DNA of 21,001 nt, from NCBI GenBank assembly GCA_051942205.1, contig JAVECO010000103.1, positions 62,001 through 83,001 of the forward strand, given 5' to 3'. The stretch is from Coniocarpon cinnabarinum. Taxonomy: Eukaryota. Of the stretch, positions 1 to 10,374 are shown piece by piece. Under the pieces are notes generated by a model. The model saw only the letters and a program-made list of their open reading frames with translations. It searched no databases and had not been told where the DNA came from. Positions within the stretch are counted from its first letter, which is position 1. Every line of letters starts with the position of its first letter. The translations under genes were made by a program, and so were the position numbers.

Positions 1-457
1 ATACTACCACGTATATTGCCATTTTCTTTATGGATGGGTGCGGGTTCTAGATCCAAGCAAACCTCACGTATCTTGTGCGTTGCCAGGAAATCCGCCCGCC
101 ATCCGCCCGTCCTCACTGTCTCGAGAAGGAGACTGGATTTGGTGTACCGAGCAACTCGAGTAACCCATTTTTACGCAGCCTGCCAGGCAAAGCACGAGTA
201 GTGACAATTTCAGTCCGCATGAGTCGGAGAACAATTGTCACATCTCCAGGCTAGCGATGTAGACGCCTGGTAGTCGATGAAGTGTTTTATTCCGCTGATC
301 TCAATGAAGCGGGTTGATGAACATTGCAAGCGCAAATTCATCTGGGAACAAATCAAAAACAATCCTGCACGTCGAAATGACAGTGTGGCCATTATCACTT
401 CGCGATTGCTTCTCATGTCTCTCAAGAAACACCCTCAGATGACTACCGACCCGAGTA

Positions 458-833
458 TTAGCACCCAAAGACATCCAAGTCATTGACAGTGAAGAACAAT
501 AAACTTGCAGCCCTTGCTCCTTGCGTCTGGGAACTTCTCACCAGACACGTTGCCAAGGAAAACAAGGATAAAACACCACCGGTAACCGCTGCTCCAATGA
601 CTATTCCGTTATTGGCCTCTGTTTCAATGAAGCTAGTGTCGGTGCTGGTAGCACCAGCGGGATACGAGACTTGCGAGGGCTGCCATGCCCATATGAAGCT
701 TGTTCCAGTAGGCGTAGAGCATGTAGAGTAAGTAGGGTACGTTAAGCAATCGGCAAGCGTGGGTGTCTGTGAGTCGCGGTAGCAGGATGACCTCAGAGGT
801 CACGGTAGTGACGCCATTGCCCGGAGTCGACAT
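458..833 (-). pseudogene. Possible relic or exon of a Ser/Thr-rich single-pass membrane protein gene
   Basis: Stop-to-stop open frame 799..458 with no ATG reads ...TYSTCSTPTGTSFIWAWQPSQVSYPAGATSTDTSFIETEANNGIVIGAAVTGGVLSLFSLATCLV..., i.e. an S/T-rich segment then a hydrophobic helix. The nearby ATG at 833 is in another frame. No clean gene model could be built. Confidence 0.25.
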
Positions 834-1135
834 TTAAGGGTTTGAAAAAACGATTGAGAAGAGCTTAGGTCGAGAGGTGTATCAGTTAAATCTAGGGTGA
901 GGTGCAGCGATCATAGCGTCTTCAAGTGTGCTGCGAGATGTAGTAGTGATCATGTGGTCTCCTGGATAATAGCGTGGCTCCTGTTCTGAAGATTATGGTG
1001 ACGAACTTCACAAAGACGGACCCATCGTAGTATCTTTCGTTGTGAATTTTGGTCACAATGGGTCCAGTCGAACGCATTGGATGAATCGAGCAATAGTTGA
1101 CTGCCTAGATTCTTGAGCAACTGTTACTTTATGAA

Positions 1136-1229
1136 ATGCGCCAAGTCACATGCATCGATGTAGAGTAGAGCGTAGGCTGCATTCGTTCGCCCAACCTGTA
1201 TTGACTAGCATGCGCCAAGTGTACATGCA
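1136..1229. repeat. Short imperfect direct repeat ATGCGCCAAGT(C/GT)ACATGCA, two copies
   Basis: Copies read directly at 1136-1154 and 1210-1229. Confidence 0.6.
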
Positions 1230-1231
1230 GC

Positions 1232-1307
1232 CAGGCAGTGGGTTAAATTCGCAAGTAGCGGAGTACTTGCGAACGAGTTGCCTGCACCGCGAGCAAACAC
1301 TTCGGTG
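1232..1307. other. Inverted repeat / hairpin cluster in intergenic DNA
   Basis: Perfect 10-bp stem TTCGCAAGTA/TACTTGCGAA (1248-1273, 6-nt loop), outer stem CAGGCAG/TTGCCTG (1232-1238/1278-1284), and a CAC-TTCG-GTG tetraloop hairpin (1298-1307). Function unknown. Confidence 0.5.
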
Positions 1308-1865
1308 AGCAACAAGATATAATCAGGTCGCAGCGGGAGGATTCTTTGATTGTTCACAAAGGCTCGCATTCAAAGGGTCTTGCTTCTGTCCTCTTTGGAA
1401 CTGGACACCGTCTAGGAATGGAAACGTAATGATAGCAAAGAAGATGGATAAATTTCTCGAGGTTCAAATCCGAAGGAAGAAACCTAAACACGGGGACCAT
1501 GATCGCAATTATGATGAGAGCAAGCTAGGAAAAGCAGAAAATGGGTTCTCAGACTCTTGATATCTCTTACGAAACGCGTTATCCCTACAAAATTACTCGT
1601 CTGACTTGGCCGGCAGTACTCTTTGATTGGGCATTAATCACTCTAAAATGCACATTCGGTGATGATCGTTAGACGGGGCGCAGCTGAGATTCAGGAGTCG
1701 TTGAAGGCCGGTCTCATCGGAAGCGGCAGTGCATTTTACTTGCGGTCTTCATTTTGTCGTTGCCTGAGAATTGAGGCATAAATATCCCACCAGCAATCTT
1801 CACAAAGTGTATCTGTTACTGCAACACAATTGCATCCCAATTACGTTCGAGGAGGCTAGCACAAG

Positions 1866-3524
1866 ATGACAATGCCCTCAAAGCGCGCAGCAAACTCCCC
1901 CTCAGCTTCTTCCAACAAACGCCAGCGCGTTTCCAATGGCGTCGAGCAACCAAGAGTGAATCGGGCCTTTGGCCAGACCGGCGCATTTCCCGGCCTCGAC
2001 GACGATGATGTCAGTGAAGCAGGATCAGTGGGCGGCGAGGGCCTACCGGATGATCCAATACAGTACTTGAAACGCGTCAGGTAAGCCTCGTCTTCCGCTA
2101 CACCGCCATCTTTGGTTCCATTCACTGAGAGAAACGGATGCAGTCCTTGAGCTGGATGATCAGCTCGGTATGCACGTCTCACAGGACTGAGACACGATTG
2201 AAGCTGACTCAAAACATCCAGAGCTCAGGCTAACCGCATTCCACCACTGTTGACGACTTTGAAACCCTCGAATGTCGATAGCGGTGTCATTTATGGTGAT
2301 GATGCCATTGTCGCGGCGCCGTCCATAGGTCCTGCACGACCGCCGACAGTGCATAAGAGTACTGGACGACCAGGCACAAGGCTAGGGCAAGAAGACGGAG
2401 CAAATGACGCGAGAGATGAAGTAGATCTCCTTTCCGATTCAGCAACCTACACCATCCCTGCTCAAGAAGCACACCACGAAAACCTCCTTCGCCGCTACCA
2501 TCGAACGCAAGCACTTCTCAATAATCCACCCTCAGCTTCGCCGTTCCAAAATCGGCACGTCCCCGACTGGGTTCCCCTGCTTCGGACGAAAGACCCAACC
2601 GCCAAGATCCTCTCCTCCCTCTCCCAAAGAGACGCCTTCGTCGGGCTGAACACCATCTTGCGCTTCATCAAATGGCGTGACTTGACTTCCGCAGAAGTCG
2701 GAGCCCGATTACAGACGTGGACCTGGGGATTACTCTGTCGATTAGATTCGAGAGAGATGGATTACGAAGAAGTGGGAAGAGTCCGTGAGGTGGGAAAGAG
2801 AGCTCGGACGTTACTCAAAAGGGCGCCCACGTTCCCAGGCACAGCCCAGAATGACAAAAGAGCTACAGAAGCGAAGCAGAGTGAGGACGACGGCGGCAGT
2901 GATGCAGGAAAAGCAGCAGGAGACTTTGCCTTCCTGAAAAACATGCCATCTGAATGGAAGGCCCCCCGACAATTCTGGGACTGGTTTCAAACCTTGACAA
3001 CCGCCCGACGGTCTACTGCTTCCCTGGCTTGCGCGATCCGCGACACGGTCGACGAGCTCACCGATGGCGCCGACATCGACGTCACGGTTCAGATTCTGAA
3101 GTGGGCGTCTCTCAGCGACGAACTCCGATCACTCTGTTACTCGCTGGAAGATGAGGGCACGCTTGCGGATTTGAGTGCGGTTGATCGAGAGAAGTTTGCA
3201 GAAGTGGTTCGGACGGCTGTGGTCATGGAGTTGGAGAAGGCGGAGAAAGCCGGTGAGAAGGGGAAGGCGCGTCAGGATGGTACGGGAGGGAATGGAGAAG
3301 TGGACGAGGACGACGAGAATGAACTGGAGGGCGAAGAAGGCGAGGTCAATGACGAGGAGAATACCGTGGGGCGGAAAGACGAAGACCAGCGACGGGTGAC
3401 GAGCGCATACGCTTGTATAGACATGATCCTAACAATCGTCGGTGAAGTTTTCGGACAGCGAGATCTCCTCGAAGAACCAGGTGGGAGGGACATCTGTTGG
3501 CACCCAATGACATCTGCACCTTGA
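1866..3524 (+). CDS. Gemin2/Brr1/Yip11-like (SIP1 family, SMN-interacting) snRNP assembly protein; exons 1866-2080 and 2222-3524, ~505 aa
   Basis: Intron 2081-2221 (GTAAGC...GCTGAC...CCAG, phase 2) joins the exons to give LPDDPIQYLKRVRAQANRIPPLL, matching the Gemin2 'YL..VR.EA' motif. Also WTWGLLCRLD...VREVGKRA and C-terminal IDMILTIVGEVFGQRDLL, typical of the family. Confidence 0.8.
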
Positions 3525-4073
3525 TCCTCTGTCAAACCCTATCGGACTAATCTCAGCAACGATCTCATCTCGACTGCTCACGTACTGGCGCTTTTCGTCG
3601 CTGGTCTCGACTAGAGCTACGAGTATCAATGGAGCTGCGAGTCTCATTCGAAGCTACAAGTGTCAATAGAGCTTCTGGATCTAGTTGGAGCCCCGAGTCT
3701 TGGTCGAAGTCCCGAGTCTCAGATGGAGCTCAACGTCTCAAGCAGAACGAGCAGGATAGGGGCAATGAAGCCGTGGCGTCTATTCCTAGACTATCTATAC
3801 TCGAAAAACCACAAACGCTATCCGCCCATCGTGCTATTGATAATTCATCTCACCAACGCCATGAGTACCCTTCTTGCCGAGTACTCTACTTAGTGAGCAC
3901 TGTACTAAAGCGCCGACGTCATGCTTGTTTGCTATATGATGCTGTACACTTTAATACCCACCATCCTTTCGTCTTCGTTTCACTCTTTTAATCGTCATTT
4001 GTTAATGGCTTTCTGGCCGGTTCATGGTGATAGCTGCTCGTCGTGCCGTTCATTGTGCTGGAAAGATGGTCGA

Positions 4074-5660
4074 TCAATGCTGCGATGCGTCGATCATGTT
4101 TAGCCAGTTGAGGACCATCATCGCTTTGATGAGATTACCCCTCAGATCACAATGCCTATTTAAACGAGTTAGCACGCATCCAACGTCTCTGTAGTCCCCC
4201 CGTAACGTCCTCATAAGCCTCCCATCATGTTCTGCCTGCAACCCCCGACTCACCATATCTACAAAAAGAAAAGGGAAACAGAAACTTACCCGCCATCGTA
4301 CATATTCGCCTGCACACTCATGTTGAAAGTCCCGAGGTGCTCAATCCCCCGTCTCCCATCCTCAATCCGTACACTGTCCTCATAAATACTGAGCGCTTTA
4401 TTGCCCTGACTGACCAGCCACTCATCCGGCTTATTCCTCCCGGCCGCATTGGGCGTGACAACCAACCTCGGCCATAGCGCTTCCGGATCGTTCAAATACG
4501 GCAAAGCCTCCGTGGTCGCCGCCATAATCTCATCGATCCAGTTAATATGAGCCTGGAGGTCTAAATCATTCCATAACCCATGTCCGTAGATGAACGCAGG
4601 TGGTCTGTCCGGTTTTGAAGGACCGGCCATTTCTTCTTTGAAGCGCTGGATCTCGTCGGACGGGATCGGATGCCGGACTATGACTTCGATCATGACGTTC
4701 ACTTTAGAGGGGTCGCAGGTAAATGATTGAGGATCGTGGGAGAGGACGTCTTGCGTTTTGAAAATGCCCTGGATGCTGCAGGCTTTGACGTTGAATTGGT
4801 AGTTGCAGAAGCAGTCGCGGCTGTTTGGATTCAAATTAGTAAGCGATCCGGCCAGAAAGCAGATCAGTAGCAGTGGCGCAATGGAGTCTGTCGATCGCCG
4901 TACACATGTAACGCTTGTGCGCCGGCGCAATGCAAGGGGCTGGAGACTTGTATGACATACCGCTCATCCGGACTGAAATTCCAATCCGTCACCGCACCAT
5001 ACCCCAAATCCTTGCGCATAAACACATTCAAGCTCCCAATGATATGCCTCATCATGCTATCGCCCACGATCACCACCTTCGAGAACCTCCCCAGGATGTC
5101 GCAAATCTCCTCGCTCGTGAACCACCTCATGTCGCAGCCGCGCGGCATATATGGGGCGTCGTGTCCGATGCGCCCGCCCCAGGACATGGCGTTAAGCATG
5201 TCCTGGCGCGACTGGCAGAGCGGGGAGAACGGCAAATGCAGATCGAGGGAGGAGATGTTGCAGGTGTTGCGGTATTTGTAGGAGGCGAAGGCGTCCATGC
5301 TGTCGGCGGCGCGGTAGTCGACGTCTTCGGGGGGTGGGAAGGCGACGTGGGGGATGTGGAGGGTGGTGTTGTCGCGGTCGATGAGCCATGGTGGTCTTGA
5401 GGACTGCGTGGGTGCTGTTAGTCCGGGTTTCAAATTACAGCCATTCGCTGTGGAATAGAACTTGTGAGTGCGGGAAAGACACTGACCTTCTTGCCGCCGA
5501 AACTGTTGATCGTTGCGAACGTCACGATTGCCCCCACCAGCAGACACAGTATATACGTCGCTCGCCGTCTCCGCTCCGGCGACAAGCCTGAAGCGTTGTT
5601 GCTGTGGCCATTGCGCGGCCGATAGAAGTCCGACTTCTTCTCGTCATAAAAGCTAGCCAT
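4074..5660 (-). CDS. Type II membrane SGNH/GDSL-like esterase or O-acyltransferase; exons 5660-5487, 5403-4961, 4820-4290, 4155-4074, ~409 aa
   Basis: Three frame-consistent introns: 5486-5404 (GTCAGT..ACTAAC..CAG), 4960-4821 (GTATGT..ACTAAT..CAG), 4289-4156 (GTAAGT..GCTAAC..TAG). N-terminal RRRR followed by TM helix ATYILCLLVGAIVTFATI. VVIVGDSMMRH (GDS) and spliced C-terminal YDGGH (DxxH) fit an SGNH-like catalytic triad. Substrate unknown. Confidence 0.8.
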
Positions 5661-6267
5661 CCTGGCAGAATTGAAACAGAAACGAGCGTGGGCTGGTCAG
5701 CGGCCAGAGGGAGGGAAAAGCGTTGAAAACCTTCTCTCCAACCTAAGCCGCCGGACGAGCGAGACAATCGGACGGTAGGACAAACTCAAGCCATCAATGT
5801 CTGGAGGAGTGCAGCAGCTGTTGTACAAGGGGCGGCGCAGGTGCAGGCGTGGTCCACAGAAGCAATAATGGGCGCGAGCTGCGTGCACGGGGATAAAAAA
5901 AGAGTTGGTGAGAGAGGATGGCAGTAAGGTGAGGGCAGGTGGCTGGCCAATGGGACAATGGGTGGCTCCTCGGCATTCTAGCTTCCCCCACGCTGACTCG
6001 CGCCGCGCAGCGATATTGACACATTGGCTCGTCCATGTGGTTATACGACTGCGGTCTCGATGGCAAATGCGCAAAGGTCGCCGCTTGAAGACGATCGGGG
6101 ACACGGGTGCATGGGTCTGCCCGCTATCAGCATCCCTGTCGCCTGGTCTGGTGACGAGTGCCCCCCCATTGGGTCATTATTTGCATCTGCGGCCTATCTC
6201 GTCCACGTATCTCGCCTTTCAATACCCGCGTGCCTGATCGTCGTCGACTACTGTTTGCTAGTGCTGG

Positions 6268-7398
6268 TTACCGCTTCCCCAGTAGATGCCGCGGCCCACT
6301 CCGTACGCCGTACAGGAATGCTTTGGCCACGTCTACCAACCAGCCCGTCCAGCCTCGCATCGCCGCGTACTGGTTCAACAGTCGACACAGATTGCGTCCG
6401 AACATCTCGCTGTCGTCGTGGTCGTGCGCATAGCATTCCCATACTGCCTTGTTCGCGCCCTTTTGCCCCTCGAGTGCTAATTGATAGTTGTTCTCCTCGT
6501 CCACTCCCACCTTCATCTTCGGACCTACATACAGCCCTCGTCCCACTATCCGGTTGTCCGCCGTCAGTCGGGTCGCTGCATCCACCACGTCATCGGGCGT
6601 CCCCATTGCACCACCGGCCAGGATGAGACGTGCGCCTGCCGGAACGATGGGCGTGTCGATGAAGTACGGGCACAGCAGGTTCACGCGTATGCCATGCACC
6701 CACGCTGAGGAGCGCAAACATCGAAACAACCCCAAGACGCCGTGTTTGGACGCGCCGTAGAGTGCTTGTGTCGGGATCGGGCCCAGCGACGCCATGGAGC
6801 CCATCAGCAACAGATGTCGGTCACGAGGCGTGTACTCAGGCTCTCTCGTCGCTCTCGCCGGCTTTGAGCCAGGATTGCGCGGGAGCCAAAACAACGCCAA
6901 GTGCGCTGTGTAGAGCACGCCGAGCATGTTAATTTCAAAGGTCTTAAGATTCGGTCTCGGCGGCGCATCTTGATCGAGTCCCTGTGGCACTTCGTAGTCA
7001 TCGGCGTTCGCGACGCCAGCATTGGCCACGACCACATCAATGCCGCCGTGATGGCTGAGCTTGACGGCTTCTTTGAATAGCTGCACCTGCTCCTCCCACT
7101 TGGTGACGTCGGTTTTCACGAAGTGGACGTCTGCTTTGCCAGTCTCACGACGCACCTCAGCGACGACTTTTTCGCCTTGTACTGCATTGATGTCGCCGAT
7201 GATGACATTTGCACCTTGTGCGACCCATTTGCGGGTCATTGCTTCGCCAAAGCCACTTGCGCCTCCAGTGATGATGATAGTCCTGCCTCTAACCCAGTCT
7301 GCATTGTAAGGCGCATTGGTATCGACCGGTGGTGACTGCCGCACCGTGTCCACGAGGGAAAGTGGTGTGTAATCCACAGGCTTATCGGTCTTGTCCAT
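6268..7398 (-). CDS. Classical short-chain dehydrogenase/reductase, 376 aa
   Basis: IITGGASGFG (TGxxxGxG), GIDVVVANAG, catalytic S (GSMAS) and YGASK (YxxxK). ATG at 7398; the ORF-track start at 7401 is a GTG. Appears intronless. Confidence 0.92.
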   Translation of the reverse strand: MDKTDKPVDYTPLSLVDTVRQSPPVDTNAPYNADWVRGRTIIITGGASGFGEAMTRKWVAQGANVIIGDINAVQGEKVVAEVRRETGKADVHFVKTDVTKWEEQVQLFKEAVKLSHHGGIDVVVANAGVANADDYEVPQGLDQDAPPRPNLKTFEINMLGVLYTAHLALFWLPRNPGSKPARATREPEYTPRDRHLLLMGSMASLGPIPTQALYGASKHGVLGLFRCLRSSAWVHGIRVNLLCPYFIDTPIVPAGARLILAGGAMGTPDDVVDAATRLTADNRIVGRGLYVGPKMKVGVDEENNYQLALEGQKGANKAVWECYAHDHDDSEMFGRNLCRLLNQYAAMRGWTGWLVDVAKAFLYGVRSGPRHLLGKR

Positions 7399-7982
7399 CA
7401 CTGGTCACAAAGCTGGGGCAGACTGAGAGCGGGTGTTAAGGGCGAAGCTCAAGTAGGATCGTGCAAGGGCTTGGCAGATTCACGGTGGACGCAGGTGGTT
7501 TGTTACTCGATGAACAGATGCAGAGGTATGAGGCCGGTTCTCGACATTGGATTGGACTGCCAAGCACGGTTTCATCGTTCTTGTCTATCGTGGGGTGCAA
7601 CGGTCGTGCAGGTTTTGGAGCAAAGGCAGCAAAGTCCCTCGGCTTCGGCGAGATTTAAAACATCCATTCCGGCCCATCGCTCGGAAGCTTAAAATCAGCA
7701 TCGTGCAGGTCCCGAATTGCCCCTTTTCTGAGCCCCTTTCCGACCTTGCTTGGCGTCAGCCGGGGCTTTCGCACTTCATGTCGGGCGGTGCGAGGACGTT
7801 TCATTGTCCACTTCTATCTTAGCGCTTTCAGTGCCTATGCTTTGCTCGGAAACAAGTCACTGGATTAAGCCAAAAGATCACAGTATTCCCTGTTGATTGG
7901 TTGAATCACTCGTAGCTAGTCAGAATCTGCTTTGCACTGGTACAGTTCTGCTGTAGAGCTTGGTCAGTTTCGGGTTATCGAT

Positions 7983-8948
7983 ATGACTGAAGCTCAACCA
8001 AATCTACGAGCTGTCATTTTCAGACGCCGCTCAGAAGCGTTAAGCAATCCTCTATTGGATGACGTCCTTAGAGCGCTGCAGGAAGCCCATCCCGAGAGTA
8101 ATACGCAAGCTGCGGCACCACCGAGCCGGAGCTTAGATAGAGACCGCGTAGAGCAGTTTAGCTTCCTCACCGATATTCCGAGCATATCGCCTGTTCTTCC
8201 GCGTCAAGCAATTGCAAAGCTCGAGGCAACCCACAGTGCTGACATTGTCATTCACCATTCACAAGATGACCCGCGAAGAATAAAGCTCGCCGTGTTCGAC
8301 ATGGATAGCACATTAATACAGCAAGAGGTCATCGACTTGCTTGCAGGTTATGCTGGAGTCGAGCCTCAGGTTGCTGATATCACTGCGCGTGCAATGAATG
8401 GGCAGCTGGACTTTTCGGCATCGCTCAAAGAGCGAGTGAAACTTCTAAAAGGATTGCCTGAGACCGTCTTCGAAGAGTTGAAGCCAAAACTGACACTAAC
8501 GCCTGGCGCTGATGTTTTGGTCAAAGCCTTGAAGCAGCAAGGCGCCAAGATTGCGTTACTAAGTGGAGGTTTCGTACCATTAGCGAAATTCATTGCAGAG
8601 CGCTTAGGCATTGATCATGTTCATGCAAACGAGTTAGAAATTCGAGATGGAATACTGACAGGTCAGCTTGCCGACGGATGCATCATCGTGAACGCCGAGC
8701 GAAAGCAGGAATTGTTGCTGCACATCAGTGAGACGGAAGGCGTGCAGTCCGCCTCTGGAGTCATGGCTGTGGGCGATGGTGCTAACGATCTGATGATGCT
8801 CGGTGAAGCTGGGCTTGGCATTGCAGTCAATGCAAAACCTCGAGTGCAAGACTTGGCCCCGTACAAGCTCAACTGTCAAAGCTTGACTGACATCTTACAC
8901 GTTTTGGGATATACGCATCAGCAGATACTGGAAATGGTACACGGCTAG
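7983..8948 (+). CDS. SER2: Phosphoserine phosphatase (HAD family), 321 aa
   Basis: HAD motif I LAVFDMDSTLIQQEVID, ITARAMNGQLDFSASLKERV, motif II LSGGF, motif IV AVGDGANDLMML. First ATG at 7983. Confidence 0.95.
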   Translation: MTEAQPNLRAVIFRRRSEALSNPLLDDVLRALQEAHPESNTQAAAPPSRSLDRDRVEQFSFLTDIPSISPVLPRQAIAKLEATHSADIVIHHSQDDPRRIKLAVFDMDSTLIQQEVIDLLAGYAGVEPQVADITARAMNGQLDFSASLKERVKLLKGLPETVFEELKPKLTLTPGADVLVKALKQQGAKIALLSGGFVPLAKFIAERLGIDHVHANELEIRDGILTGQLADGCIIVNAERKQELLLHISETEGVQSASGVMAVGDGANDLMMLGEAGLGIAVNAKPRVQDLAPYKLNCQSLTDILHVLGYTHQQILEMVHG

Positions 8949-9065
8949 ATAACATTGTTCCTAGACTAGCTTCAGACAGCGATCATATGATGCTACCTAC
9001 CTCGCTCTTTCACCACGACCTCCTCACCTTGTGGAACTCAATAAGGTATCTCAATCACCTTAGCC

Positions 9066-9892
9066 ATGGACTGGCATGTTCACCAGTCCGAGCGTGTGCA
9101 GAAATTGAGCGCTCAACGACGACTTTTGCTACTTCACGCTCCAGATGCTGATTCGCTAGCGCTGGTCAGAGAGTCGACTGCACAACACGAGCCATTTTCT
9201 GTCAAAGGCCCTCTTGAGTTGTGTTTGTACAACCCGCAGACTGGCACCTACGAACACCTTGATGGCGTAAGGAAGTTGCCTTTCAAGGAGCCACCAATTG
9301 AGGAACGCAAGCAGGCGTTTCTAGATATGACAGCAGGACTCCTCGTCAAGATGGAGAAGGTTGCCGAGCAAGAGATGGCCAGATTGAGTCCAGATCGGGA
9401 TAATGATGAGTGCTGGCTGCACCCAAATCCCAAAGCGTATGGTTCGTGCAGATTGTTCTATGATATCTTGTCAGCCACGACCGGAGCATGAGACTGATAG
9501 AATATCGGAAAGGAGCTAACGTAATCGCTACAAACTTTTACTGGCGAAGTCCAAACGAAACCAGCGTGGCTTGCAAATTGAAGGTACACTTCGGTATAGT
9601 TCTTCTCTTGTTGGCAAATAAAGAAGATCCGGATACGTATCCAATATCAGATGAGCAAAAGAAAGGCTTCATAAACGAAGCGTGGCAGCTCTCACACCTA
9701 TGCGGAAATTGGACATGTCTCAACTTTCGTCACTATACGCTTGAGCCAGTTGGAGCCAATGTCACTCGCAACAAATGCTTCCGAAACCTGAACCCAGACG
9801 CATGTTCGCATTCACCATCCTGTCTGAAGCATCTCAAAAGACCTCTCAACGGCCTGCGACCTCCACTAATAACGTGGGAAGACTTACAGTAA
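9066..9892 (+). CDS. His-Cys box (I-PpoI-like, His-Me finger) homing-endonuclease-domain protein; exons 9066-9441 and 9513-9892 (alternative acceptor 9501), ~251 aa
   Basis: C-terminal SHLCGNWTCLNFRHYTLEPVGANVTRNKC...CSHSPSC matches the His-Cys box zinc-binding loop. The two track ORFs (9066-9491, 9488-9892) join in frame through a phase-1 intron GTTCGT(9442)...ACTGAT(9493)...AAG(9512), or TAG(9500). Confidence 0.82.
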
Positions 9893-10275
9893 TTAAATCA
9901 CAGAAGGCGGGTAACCTCGCAATGGGCAAGGTCTGCACGCAGCAAGCGTGGCGAGCAATTTTACGCTTAGAGCGGAGATGCAAGTGAATTCCGCAGACCG
10001 ATGGCCTCGAACCTTGATTGGATATGATGTTGGAGGGTGTGGTGGCATACGCCGAGAGTAGCTCTACTCGAGGTTCAGCACAAGAGAGACCACAGAGCAA
10101 TGCTTTCGGACTGAGCTGAGCAGCGAGAATAGAAATTAAGGCAGGAAAGCACTCTCAGCAACGCAGAGGTATCTGGTCTGTAGAGGCTGCGACAGAATCA
10201 TCGAATAAAGACTGGAGGAAGCTTTTTAGCCTGATTTCCAAGGCCCGTAACGCGCTTCCCACCCTGATGCGCATC

Positions 10276-10281
10276 GAGTCA
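10276..10281 (-). promoter_or_regulatory. Possible Gcn4/CpcA binding site (TGACTC) upstream of the AspRS gene
   Basis: GAGTCA ~95 bp upstream of ATG 10375. aaRS genes are known cross-pathway control targets, but a 6-mer arises often by chance. Confidence 0.3.
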
Positions 10282-10374
10282 TTGGCAGCCACACGGCGGG
10301 CGTTTGACACATTCGCAGCACTTTCCCCACTTGTGTACTTGCGAGCCGAACTCACCACGTCCGCCAAGACGATC

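Noticed and set aside
1461..1471. B-box-like GGTTCAAATCC
   Set aside because: No T-stem pairing or cloverleaf around it; not a tRNA.
3530..3990. Short recurring motifs (CGAGTCT, ATGGAGCT) and ORF 3629-3991 between convergent genes
   Set aside because: No regular period and no protein motif; consistent with 3' UTR/terminator sequence. Not CRISPR-like.
4248..4289. Apparent 5-nt microexon (TAG-ATATG-GTGAGT) in intron 3 of the SGNH-like gene
   Set aside because: The upstream intron would be only 31 nt with no branch point, too short to be credible.
4915..5400. 161-aa + strand ORF, and similar antisense ORFs at 6024-6626, 14125-14520 and 19358-19726
   Set aside because: Shadows of real genes on the opposite strand, with no recognisable motifs.
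7932..7982. ORF-track N-terminal extensions from TTG/GTG starts (also at 12393, 15165, 17342)
   Set aside because: Non-ATG starts are unlikely here; downstream ATGs fit homolog or paralog lengths.
9488..9491. ATGA stop/start overlap between ORFs 9066-9491 and 9488-9892, resembling bacterial translational coupling
   Set aside because: Eukaryotic context. A phase-compatible intron (9442-9512) joins the two ORFs and unites the Zn ligands in one protein.
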